NCBI GenBank assembly: GCA_045644605.1
Contig: JAZRHB010000021.1
Location: forward strand, 1 to 43,107
DNA from: Clostridia bacterium
GTDB lineage: Bacteria > Bacillota > Clostridia > RUG12999
DNA length: 43,107 bases
Reading direction: 5' to 3'
The notes beneath the pieces are model-generated. The model saw only the letters and a program-made list of their open reading frames with translations, did not search any database and had not been told where the DNA came from. The translations under genes and the position numbers were made by a program. Shown piece by piece: positions 10,957 to 19,245 of the stretch. Numbering within the stretch: the stretch's first letter is position 1; the number at the start of each line of letters is the position of its first letter.

Positions 10957-10984
10957 AAGGACACTTAAAAGGTGTCCTTTTTTT
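10957..10984 (+). terminator. Intrinsic terminator
   Basis: AAGGACACT-TAAAA-GGTGTCCTT followed by a T run. Confidence 0.8.
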
Positions 10985-10985
10985 G

Positions 10986-11085
10986 TGCCCCGGGCATGGC
11001 GTTAAAACTGCCTTTTATATAGATTCTCCTGCAGTATGAGATATAAACTGCTGACCTTTTTTGTGGCGAAACCACATATAAAAAC
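10986..11085 (+). ncRNA. Candidate structured cis-RNA (tandem H-type pseudoknots) upstream of the scaffold gene
   Basis: Two units with compensatory stems (TGCC/GGCG + GGGCA/TGCCT; TCTC/GAGA + GCAGT/ACTGC), then a GTGG-CGAAA-CCAC hairpin before the RBS. Confidence 0.5.
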
Positions 11086-11099
11086 TAAAAGGAGGAAAT

Positions 11100-11651
11100 A
11101 TGGAATTTTTAAAAGAGGCACTGGGGGATGAGCTTTTTGGTGCGGTGGAAGAAAGGCTTGCGGGAAATGAAAATATCAAGCTTGCCAATCTGGCGGGCGG
11201 CGGATATGTAAGCCGCGAAAAATATACCGCGCTTGAAAATGAAAACGGTGCCAATAAAAAAATGCTTGAGGAGCAAAGCGGAAGACTTGCGGCGTATGAC
11301 GAAATGAAATTGGCATATGATGCGCTTAAAGAAAAATATGATGCGGACACTGCAGGGTTTGCACATAAGATGGCGGAAACGGGTAAATCACATGCGATTG
11401 ACATGGCACTTATGAGCCGCAGGGCTAAAAATATCAAAGCGGCGAGGGCACTTCTTGATATGGATAAAATTGAATTTAAGGACGGAGTGCTTTCCGGATT
11501 TGATGAGCAGATGGAAAGGGTTTTTGCCGATAATGAATATCTTTTCGGGGACGAAATAAAGCTTGCCGGAGGTATGAGGCATTTGGGCAAAAATCAGGCT
11601 TCTCAAGGCTTTTTACAGACAATTTATGAAAATCAGGCTAAAAGAAATTAG
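11100..11651 (+). CDS. Capsid scaffolding protein (Phage GP20 family)
   Basis: Coiled-coil with AKNIKAARALLDMDKI...LSGFDEQM...NEYLF signature; directly upstream of the capsid gene. Confidence 0.85.
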   Translation: MEFLKEALGDELFGAVEERLAGNENIKLANLAGGGYVSREKYTALENENGANKKMLEEQSGRLAAYDEMKLAYDALKEKYDADTAGFAHKMAETGKSHAIDMALMSRRAKNIKAARALLDMDKIEFKDGVLSGFDEQMERVFADNEYLFGDEIKLAGGMRHLGKNQASQGFLQTIYENQAKRN

Positions 11652-11660
11652 GAGGAAAAA

Positions 11661-12806
11661 ATGAGTTATTTAAAAGATGAATTAACAGGTTTTGTGCCTG
11701 CGGAGCAGGCAAAAGAAATTCTTGCAGGTATTGTAAGGGGATCAAGCGTTCTTCGCCTTTCTAAAGTAGAGGCAATGAATTCAGATAAAAAGAAATTCAA
11801 CGTTCTTGTTGACGGACCGGGTGCTTACTGGGTTGGCGAAGGTCAGAGAATTGAAACATCGGGTGCATCATGGATTCATCCCGAAATTGAGGCTAAAAAG
11901 CTTGCGGTTATTATTCCGGTTACAAAAGAAAAGCTGAACGATTCCACAATCAACGTGTTTGAAGAACTCAAACCGCAGATTCAGGAAGTGTTCTACAAAG
12001 CAATTGACAAGGCTTGTCTTTTCGGCGAAAATTCTCCATTTGCAACTAACGTTATGGCGGCGGCGGAAGGCTCTGGCATGGTTATAAAATCAAACAATGA
12101 TATTGACCTTGCAATTTCCGATACTATGGAAGCGGTTGAAGCTAACGGATACGAAGTTACAGGTTTTGCCGGTCATATCGGTGTTAAAAATGCACTCCGC
12201 AAATTAAGAGATGCAAATGACGCTCCGGTTTACATTGAAGGTATCAATGAAAAAGAACTTTATTCACAGCCGATTGAATTCGTTCGTAACGGTTCATGGG
12301 ATAAAAATAAAGCTGATATTATCGGCGGTGACTGGAAATACAGCATTGTTGGTATGCGTTCGGGTATCGAATTTGAAGTTCTTACTGAAGCAACTCTTCA
12401 GGGAACACTTGATGCCGACGGCAAACCGCTTTCTCTTGCAGAACAGGATATGATTGCTATTAAAGCTACTATGAGAATTGGCTATCTTGTTATTAAAGAC
12501 GATGCGTTTGCTGCATATAAATATGCAGCACCTGAAATAAGACCGCTTAATGTAACATCAACAGAAGGAAGCGAAGAAGGAACTACTGTTATTGAAGTAA
12601 CTCCGGATGCTTCTATGGGTAACAGCCTTGTTTACAAGGTTGGTGCATCAGCAACAGAAGTTTCCTACGATGAAGATTTATCTTCGTGGGATGTATTTGA
12701 CGGCAGAGAAATTTCTGCTACCGAAGGTCAGTACATTACTGTTGCGGAAACCGATACCCTTGGTCTTGCTAAAAAAGCCGGCAGCTGCGTTGTAGTTTGC
12801 AAATAA
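11661..12806 (+). CDS. Major capsid protein (HK97 fold) with C-terminal beta-rich extension
   Basis: GAYWVGEGQRIETS, AKKLAVIIPVTKEKLNDS, AIDKACLFG, SLAEQDMIAIKATMRIG; about 90 aa extra C-terminal domain. Confidence 0.92.
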   Translation: MSYLKDELTGFVPAEQAKEILAGIVRGSSVLRLSKVEAMNSDKKKFNVLVDGPGAYWVGEGQRIETSGASWIHPEIEAKKLAVIIPVTKEKLNDSTINVFEELKPQIQEVFYKAIDKACLFGENSPFATNVMAAAEGSGMVIKSNNDIDLAISDTMEAVEANGYEVTGFAGHIGVKNALRKLRDANDAPVYIEGINEKELYSQPIEFVRNGSWDKNKADIIGGDWKYSIVGMRSGIEFEVLTEATLQGTLDADGKPLSLAEQDMIAIKATMRIGYLVIKDDAFAAYKYAAPEIRPLNVTSTEGSEEGTTVIEVTPDASMGNSLVYKVGASATEVSYDEDLSSWDVFDGREISATEGQYITVAETDTLGLAKKAGSCVVVCK

Positions 12807-12818
12807 GCAGGTGGTAAT

Positions 12819-13151
12819 ATGCAGTATGTGGATTTTACATATTACAGCGAAGCCTTTGGGGGAGATTTAATCCCCCAGAGGCTTTTTGCCAGGTATGAGC
12901 TCAAGGCAAGAAGCTTTATTGATAATATTACGTTTGGGAATATTGAAGTCCCATGTGATGATAAAATAAAAACGGCTGTTTGTGAAATGTGTGAAGCATT
13001 CTACTGTGATGACGAAAAAAAGAACATTCATTCCGAGGAGCATGACGGATACGGTATTGTTTACGATGAAGATGTTCTTGAAGAAAAGCTTGCAAAAATT
13101 GCCGAAATTTATCTTGCGGCTACAGGATATCTGTACGGAGGGATTTATTAA
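12819..13151 (+). CDS. Head-tail adaptor (gp15-like)
   Basis: YVDFTYY...ARSFIDNITF...IKTAVCEM...YLAATGYLYGGI pattern and position after the capsid gene. Confidence 0.75.
   Translation: MQYVDFTYYSEAFGGDLIPQRLFARYELKARSFIDNITFGNIEVPCDDKIKTAVCEMCEAFYCDDEKKNIHSEEHDGYGIVYDEDVLEEKLAKIAEIYLAATGYLYGGIY
12851..12887 (+). terminator. Intragenic terminator-like hairpin just after the capsid gene
   Basis: AGCCTTTGGGGGA / TCCCCCAGAGGCT 13-bp stem (one G-U) followed by TTTT. Confidence 0.55.
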
Positions 13152-13441
13152 TGATTCTTCGCGGGGATATTACGGTATATGATAAAGATAAAAGGATGCA
13201 GTTTTGCGGTGTTCGTATATGCGACAGTACAAGTCTTGAGATGAAAGAACGCGGCGTGGTAAAATCGGGGAGCGTTATCATAAGGATTTTTGAAGATGGT
13301 GTAGTCATTCCGGAAGGAGCAAGGCTTGTGATTGGACACTGCGGGGACGAGGTTTGTCCCCCGCAGGCATTTTTTATTACAGCTGTTAAGAAAAATAAAG
13401 GTATTGGAAAAGCACATTATAAAGTGGTTGCCGAAAGGTAA
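13151..13441 (+). CDS. Putative head-closure protein
   Basis: Small beta-rich ORF (DITVY...IIRIF...HYKVVA) coupled to the adaptor; assigned mainly by synteny. Confidence 0.55.
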   Translation: MILRGDITVYDKDKRMQFCGVRICDSTSLEMKERGVVKSGSVIIRIFEDGVVIPEGARLVIGHCGDEVCPPQAFFITAVKKNKGIGKAHYKVVAER

Positions 13442-13843
13442 GTGATATTTTTGATTACAGAAAAAATAGTTGAAATAGTAAACGAATTTGATTGCATTAA
13501 AAATCGCTCTTGCGAGGTGGATTTTCTTGAAAATGACGGTATCAGTATAGTGCCGGTTTCAGATGATGAAATAAGGAAATATGTAAGCGGCGACGCACTC
13601 CGTCAGTTTGTATTTAAGCTTGTAGTAAATACGGATTATCTTAAAGAAAATGTAAAAGAAATTTACGGCTTTTTTGAACAGTTCAAATCGGAACTGGAAA
13701 GTCATAAGGCAGTGGATATAGATGATAATCTACAGGCACTTAATTTTTCGCAGGAGGGCGAGTTTGAGGCAGAGCATTTAAGCGCAGCTCAGATGAAATA
13801 CGCAGTGAAATGCTCTTTGAATTATTATAAAAGGGGAGAATAG
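13442..13843 (+). CDS. Putative tail terminator / tail completion protein
   Basis: VDFLE...SIVPV...RKYVSGDALRQFVF...KYAVKCSLNY; immediately before the tail tube gene. Confidence 0.65.
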   Translation: MIFLITEKIVEIVNEFDCIKNRSCEVDFLENDGISIVPVSDDEIRKYVSGDALRQFVFKLVVNTDYLKENVKEIYGFFEQFKSELESHKAVDIDDNLQALNFSQEGEFEAEHLSAAQMKYAVKCSLNYYKRGE

Positions 13844-13847
13844 ATAA

Positions 13848-14327
13848 ATGAATATTGTTAAAAGAAGCAAGGTACTTCCGTTTTATGCAGTAGATGACGG
13901 ACAGTTCGTAAGAATGACCGGATTTACACAGGCAAGCGTAAACAGAAGTCCGATTGAATATTCACGTCAGTATATTGATGAAGAATTCAAGAGAAATGAC
14001 GTTGTGGGTTATGATACTGCAATGTCTTTTTCTTTTGATTTGTTTGAAAACAATGCCGTACACAGCGATATTGCAAACATTGCTGAAAATGAGTTTGTTG
14101 GCGGCGATGCAATAAGAGAAATTGTCAGCGTTGATTTAAGCAGCGCTGATGAAAACGGCAGCTGCAAAGCAGTTAAAAGAAGTTTTTCCGTTATGGTTGA
14201 AAACGAAGGCGATGCAGCGGAAGCATACACATACAGCGGAAGCTTTAAAGCGTCCGGAGAAAAAGTGTTTGGCAGGGCAGTTTCGGAAGATAACTGGCAG
14301 ACCTGTACATTCGTACCCGGAGAATGA
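13848..14327 (+). CDS. Major tail (tube) protein
   Basis: RMTGFT...PIEYSRQYIDE...DVVGYD...YTYSGSFKASG...TFVP, typical of clostridial siphophage tail tubes; synteny. Confidence 0.75.
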   Translation: MNIVKRSKVLPFYAVDDGQFVRMTGFTQASVNRSPIEYSRQYIDEEFKRNDVVGYDTAMSFSFDLFENNAVHSDIANIAENEFVGGDAIREIVSVDLSSADENGSCKAVKRSFSVMVENEGDAAEAYTYSGSFKASGEKVFGRAVSEDNWQTCTFVPGE

Positions 14328-14881
14328 GTATTCTAAATACTCCGCTTCCTGAATATGTTGAAGCTTTTGGCGGGAATTATGGCATTTATACCGATTTCAG
14401 ACGGTGGATTGATTTTGAACAGATGATGAAAATTAACCCGCCGTCAAAGAGGTATGCCGAAATTTTTAAAAAATATTACATCTCGCTTCCGCCAAAATTT
14501 TCCGAGGCTGTTTATGCCCTTTGCAGGTTTTATGCAGGGGGCATTATGCCCCGGGGAAATACCGGGGGCAGAGGCAAGAGACTGTATTCGTATAAGCAGG
14601 ATGCTGATTTGATTTACTGTGCTTTTTATGCGCAGTATCATATTGACCTTGAAAAAGAAAATATGCATTGGTGGAAGTTTCTGACACTGTTTAGGGGGCT
14701 TGACCAAAACTCTAGGTTTATGCAGATTGTAAGACTTCGCAGTATGGATTTAAATGAAATAAAAGATAAAAATGAAAAAATAAGAGTTGCCGGACTTCAA
14801 AAGAAATATGCGCTTATTGATGAACGCAGTCCGGAAATAAAAGACGAAGATTTTGCAGATAAGATATCTATGCTGTTTTAG
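14324..14881 (+). CDS. Tail assembly chaperone (A118 Gp15 family)
   Basis: IYTDFRRWIDFE, YSYKQDADLIYCAFYAQYHIDL, MHWWKFLTLFRGL. Confidence 0.85.
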   Translation: MSILNTPLPEYVEAFGGNYGIYTDFRRWIDFEQMMKINPPSKRYAEIFKKYYISLPPKFSEAVYALCRFYAGGIMPRGNTGGRGKRLYSYKQDADLIYCAFYAQYHIDLEKENMHWWKFLTLFRGLDQNSRFMQIVRLRSMDLNEIKDKNEKIRVAGLQKKYALIDERSPEIKDEDFADKISMLF

Positions 14882-14905
14882 GAGGCGATTGAAATAAAAA
14901 TTGAT

Positions 14906-16066
14906 TTGAATGTTAAAAAGATATTATCCGATTATCTGGACTCAATTAAAGGGTCCATTGTAAATATAGGGAAAGAGAAAATCGGGAAAGCGCTTTTTGG
15001 GGGCGTGCGGGAAGCAGCTGTACCAAACAGCGGAGTTTTGAAAAAGCTTGCCGCAAATATGGTGAAAGCTATTGATGCAAAACATAAAGCGGGAGTTATC
15101 AGCGAGCAGGAATACTATAAAAAACTTGAAAATATACGTGATAAATATTTGAATAAGGGCAGTGTTGAATGGTGGAAATATACTGCAAAGATTGGTGAAT
15201 ACGAAAGTAAAGTGCTGGAGGAAAATGCCGAGGCGGTGGCTATTGCATATGAAGAGATGGCTGGCAGCGCGATGGAGAATGTAAGTAATCTGGCAGAGGA
15301 AGCAGAAAAAACGTTTGAAAATATTCTCAAACAGAAAGAAGAATTTTCGGAAAAGCTGTCCGATTACGGCGGACTTTATTCCAAAGGTACGGTTACGATT
15401 AAAAATGCCGGACCGGGAATGCAGCTTATTGATGGTTCGTGGATTGACCAGAAAGATATTGTTTTTGATTATGTGAAGTTTGCTGATTTTGAAAAACAGG
15501 TGAAGGTGCTTGAAGAGTATAAGGACGCACTACTTGGTATCAAAGAACGCGGAAATGTGCCATACGAGATATTTGATTCCATAAGAGAGCTTTCTGTTGA
15601 GGATGGTCTTGATGTTGCAAAGGCTCTTCTCAAAATGCCGGAGGGAGAGTTTAAGAAATATGTTGACGGATATCTGACTAAAAAACGGCTTGAAAGCGAA
15701 ATTACAAATGAAATTTTTAATAAAGATATCGAAAATGCAAAAACATATTATACAGAAACTACGAATGACCTTCTGGAAGAACTTTCAAAATCTTTTGAAA
15801 AAGTGCCCGAAAGTTTTGCTCTCGGAGGAATAGATTCTGCAAAAGCCTTTGGTGAGGGGTTTATGCAGAGTATCGACGGCATTATTGATGCCATCAAGAT
15901 TGAATTTGCAGAAAAATTAGGGGAAATAAGCGGACAGATATCAGTAGGATACGGCAACCCGAATGTATATAATTCGAACTATAATTTTTACGGAAGCGGG
16001 CAAACCGTAAGTCAACAGCTTGAACAGGCAAGAATTGCCGATACAGTGAACAGGTTAAGGGGGTAA
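14906..16066 (+). CDS. Short tape measure-like protein
   Basis: Helical/coiled-coil ORF between chaperone and Dit, ending in TMP-like GxxxAxxFGEG and NSNYNFY segments; start may be at 14888 or 14894 (AGGAGG at 14880). Confidence 0.65.
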   Translation: MNVKKILSDYLDSIKGSIVNIGKEKIGKALFGGVREAAVPNSGVLKKLAANMVKAIDAKHKAGVISEQEYYKKLENIRDKYLNKGSVEWWKYTAKIGEYESKVLEENAEAVAIAYEEMAGSAMENVSNLAEEAEKTFENILKQKEEFSEKLSDYGGLYSKGTVTIKNAGPGMQLIDGSWIDQKDIVFDYVKFADFEKQVKVLEEYKDALLGIKERGNVPYEIFDSIRELSVEDGLDVAKALLKMPEGEFKKYVDGYLTKKRLESEITNEIFNKDIENAKTYYTETTNDLLEELSKSFEKVPESFALGGIDSAKAFGEGFMQSIDGIIDAIKIEFAEKLGEISGQISVGYGNPNVYNSNYNFYGSGQTVSQQLEQARIADTVNRLRG

Positions 16067-16073
16067 TCGTGGA

Positions 16074-16919
16074 ATGTATATGTATTATAAAAATGATGCC
16101 GGAAAAATAGATTTCCGGTTTGGTGGGGATTACCCTGTAAGAGTTACGGATATTGACGGGCTGTATCCCCTTGAAAGGACGTTCAATACAGTAGCTTATG
16201 CCGATATTGACGGAGTTGACAGTGTATCTTCTTCTGTAGGGGGAAGAACGGTTACTGTTGGCGGAGATATAAAAATTTCAAACAAACAGTTTTTACGGGA
16301 TATTCTTAAGGTGCTTGACAAACCCGGGGAATTGTATATGGATTTCGGTGAGAAAAAACGAAAGCTTGTTTGCCACAATGCACATTTTACGCCGGGTGAA
16401 CGTAACAGCAAATATATGAGATTTGTTATTGTCTTTTCTTCCGATATGCCGTATTTTTACGGATTTGATGAGGAGACGGAATATATAAGAAAAAGGCAGA
16501 ATACAATAGGTTCAAACTTTATACTGCCGTGTGTTTTTACATCGAGCAACTCGGAAAGTGATATTATTGTAAATGGTGATGCCGAAAGCGAACCGGTTTT
16601 TGAAATAAAATGTATAAAAGAAACTACAATGCCGCCGGAAGAAGCCGGAATTACTGTGCTTAACGAAACAACCGGAGAAAGTATTAAGCTTTGTGTATAT
16701 CTTGTGCAGGATGAAGTTATTGAAATTGATGTTGAAAACAGAAAAATCACAAGCAGTGTGCGTGGGAATATGCTTAACTATATTTCCGAAGATACGTTCT
16801 TGCACAGATTCAAACTTATGCAGGGGGCAAATCATATAAAAGCTATCACTGATAATACAAATGAACAGATAAATGTTCTGTGCAGATACAGATGCCGGTA
16901 TATTGAGGGGGTTTATTGA
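16074..16919 (+). CDS. Distal tail protein (Dit)
   Basis: VTDIDGL, RTVTVGG, FSSDMPYFY, IVNGDAESEPVFEI, FKLMQGANHI, typical of the Sipho_tail family. Confidence 0.8.
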   Translation: MYMYYKNDAGKIDFRFGGDYPVRVTDIDGLYPLERTFNTVAYADIDGVDSVSSSVGGRTVTVGGDIKISNKQFLRDILKVLDKPGELYMDFGEKKRKLVCHNAHFTPGERNSKYMRFVIVFSSDMPYFYGFDEETEYIRKRQNTIGSNFILPCVFTSSNSESDIIVNGDAESEPVFEIKCIKETTMPPEEAGITVLNETTGESIKLCVYLVQDEVIEIDVENRKITSSVRGNMLNYISEDTFLHRFKLMQGANHIKAITDNTNEQINVLCRYRCRYIEGVY

Positions 16920-17920
16920 TGGAAGATATAAGATTATACGATTTTGATTTTAATCTTCTGTGTATTGAAAACCGTATAATATCAAGCAACTGGCATCTGA
17001 AAAACAATGATATAGGAAGCTTTGAAATGCATTTTACACCGGATAGTGAGGTTTGTGAAACTATTCAGGAAAGCTTTGACATAAAAAACAACAAGCTTAT
17101 TGTTGTTGTGCAAGGGAACAAACAGGGTATTCTGACGGGGTTTCGCGTTAAAGATGAGATTGCTATTTATGGTAAGACATGCAATTTTTTGCTTTCAAAA
17201 AGATTGGTGCCGAAATTTACCACCAATGGTCTTGATATAAAAAAAGATGTGGAAAGCATTTCGCGGTATTGCGTGGAAAATGCGTTTTCTGATGTGGAGA
17301 ATTTTGTGATTGGTGATGCTCGGGGCTTTGACGAAATATATGTGGATGATAAGCATTTCTGGAGAAATGTATATAATCCGGCAAGCGAAGTTGTGCACGA
17401 CCTTATGGATATCGGTGGCGGCGGTCATTTTGTTTTATTTGATATAAAGAATAAAAAATGGGTTTTTAATACAACAAAAAACACGGTCAATCCAATGATT
17501 ATTTCTGTGCAGATGAAAAATGCGTATGGTATTGAGAATACAAAAATGATTGGTGATTACTGCAGCTGCGGATGGTATGAGATGCAGCAGAAAATGGAAG
17601 ATGGTGTGCGCCCGGATTCCGTATGGACTTATATAGAAAAAGATGAAAAAACCGGAATTTACAGGTGGGAAGGAAAACTTGACGGATTATACGAAAGCGA
17701 GGCAATATCAGACCTTGAAAATAAAAAAATTACTGATGATACAGAGCTTTCTCTTCGTAAAATATATTTTGAAAAAGATTTTCAGCTTGGAGATATTATC
17801 ACGCTTCAGTATAAGTTTGGAAGATATGAAAAAACAGTACAAAAAATTATAGACGGAGTATATCTTACATTTGAAAACAATAACATATCGGAAAAACCGG
17901 TTTTTAAGGAGGTTAAATAA
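16919..17920 (+). CDS. Tal / baseplate hub protein (ReqiPepy6 Gp37-like)
   Basis: IRLYDFDFNLL...IGSFEMH...FLLSKRLV...YFEKDFQLGDIIT; follows Dit. Confidence 0.75.
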   Translation: MEDIRLYDFDFNLLCIENRIISSNWHLKNNDIGSFEMHFTPDSEVCETIQESFDIKNNKLIVVVQGNKQGILTGFRVKDEIAIYGKTCNFLLSKRLVPKFTTNGLDIKKDVESISRYCVENAFSDVENFVIGDARGFDEIYVDDKHFWRNVYNPASEVVHDLMDIGGGGHFVLFDIKNKKWVFNTTKNTVNPMIISVQMKNAYGIENTKMIGDYCSCGWYEMQQKMEDGVRPDSVWTYIEKDEKTGIYRWEGKLDGLYESEAISDLENKKITDDTELSLRKIYFEKDFQLGDIITLQYKFGRYEKTVQKIIDGVYLTFENNNISEKPVFKEVK

Positions 17921-18735
17921 TGGGATTTAGTGTTGATTTTATAGATAATAACTCCATTTCGGCAGAGTCACTTAATGAAATTCTTGCCGAGGTGGGAGAT
18001 GACAGTGTAAGCGCAAGCAGTGAATTTGTTAACGAAAGTTTGTTTTATACTGACAAGCTGAACTGCATAAGAAGCGAAATTGTGACGGGTGGAATACGCT
18101 CCGGCTGCGAGGCGGCTCTTTGTGAGACAGGTGTTATCATAGGTGAAGGCTTATGCTTTTTTGACAGCGGTATGAGAATGAAAATTGATGCAGAGGGAAT
18201 TTCACTTACTGTTTCGGCAGACAAAGAAAATTTTGTTTATTTATATGCATCAACAAATTTAAACATTGCCACTGCGGTAGTAACCACGGAGAAAAAAGAA
18301 GGAAACGAATATGTGCCGGTATGCAGGATTGATGCAGATGGAGTTCTTTATGATGAAAGAGTGTGGTGCTGTTCGAAAATTCCGATGATGAATTCGAGAT
18401 TTGTGCAAAAAGAGACATTTACACTTTCAAACAGCGCATCGGGGACGGTTCTTGTGAAACAGGTACCGCTTGTATGTAAAGCATATGCATACATAATCGT
18501 TATGGCTAAAGGAAGTATAGCTGTTTATTCGCGTGATACGGGGAAATATACATATATCATTACCACCGGGGTATACGGTGCGGATCGTAAGGTTGATATG
18601 GACTATTTTAAAATAGGATATGACAGCGGTAATAACTATTACGGAAACGTGCATTTTGAGGAAGCAAGCTCCTGTATTAACATATTTATCAGAGGAACAC
18701 AGTCTAAAAAAGAAGTTGAGATGATTGTGTTATAA
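17920..18735 (+). CDS. Putative baseplate/tail structural protein
   Basis: AAGGAGG RBS, beta-rich, position after Tal; C-terminal part is Tyr/Gly-rich. Confidence 0.55.
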   Translation: MGFSVDFIDNNSISAESLNEILAEVGDDSVSASSEFVNESLFYTDKLNCIRSEIVTGGIRSGCEAALCETGVIIGEGLCFFDSGMRMKIDAEGISLTVSADKENFVYLYASTNLNIATAVVTTEKKEGNEYVPVCRIDADGVLYDERVWCCSKIPMMNSRFVQKETFTLSNSASGTVLVKQVPLVCKAYAYIIVMAKGSIAVYSRDTGKYTYIITTGVYGADRKVDMDYFKIGYDSGNNYYGNVHFEEASSCINIFIRGTQSKKEVEMIVL

Positions 18736-18744
18736 GGAGGCAGT

Positions 18745-19245
18745 ATGATTGAGTATAGAATAAAAATAGATACAAAAAGTGAAAAAATTTATTACAGTGA
18801 TTTTATATTTACAACAGGAGACGTGCGTGCATATAAATTTGTATTTGATTTTGTGGATTGTGATACGGAAAACTGCAGTATTGGTGTAAAAGCAAAACGT
18901 GCGGACGGCACTGTTGTAATTGCAAAAAGCAGTGATTGCAAAAGCTTTGTACTGCCCGGAAACATGTACGCTGTAGCGGGAGAGGTTTTGTTTGAAATTG
19001 CTCTTTATGATGCGGCGGGCGGTTGCATCACAACCAAGGTTGTTGCGGCAACTGTGCGAAAAGGGTTTGGTGAAGAAGGACTTGCATCGGACGACAGATA
19101 TCCGGTGCTGACATCTATGATTAATGAAGTGAACGCACTTAAATTTTCTGTTATTGATGCTATTACGGAATTGGGCGATATTTCTGCCGCACTTGATGAA
19201 ATTATAGCTATGCAAAACAGTCTGATTGGCGGTGAGTCTGTATGA
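18745..19245 (+). CDS. BppU-like upper baseplate protein
   Basis: FTTGD...VKAKRADG...YAVAGEVLFEIALYD...YPVLTSMI followed by coiled-coil. Confidence 0.65.
   Translation: MIEYRIKIDTKSEKIYYSDFIFTTGDVRAYKFVFDFVDCDTENCSIGVKAKRADGTVVIAKSSDCKSFVLPGNMYAVAGEVLFEIALYDAAGGCITTKVVAATVRKGFGEEGLASDDRYPVLTSMINEVNALKFSVIDAITELGDISAALDEIIAMQNSLIGGESV

Noticed and set aside
14300-14340. Programmed G/GT tail chaperone frameshift
   Set aside because: The Gp15-like gene has its own ATG overlapping the tail tube stop; no separate upstream chaperone ORF or convincing slippery site was seen.
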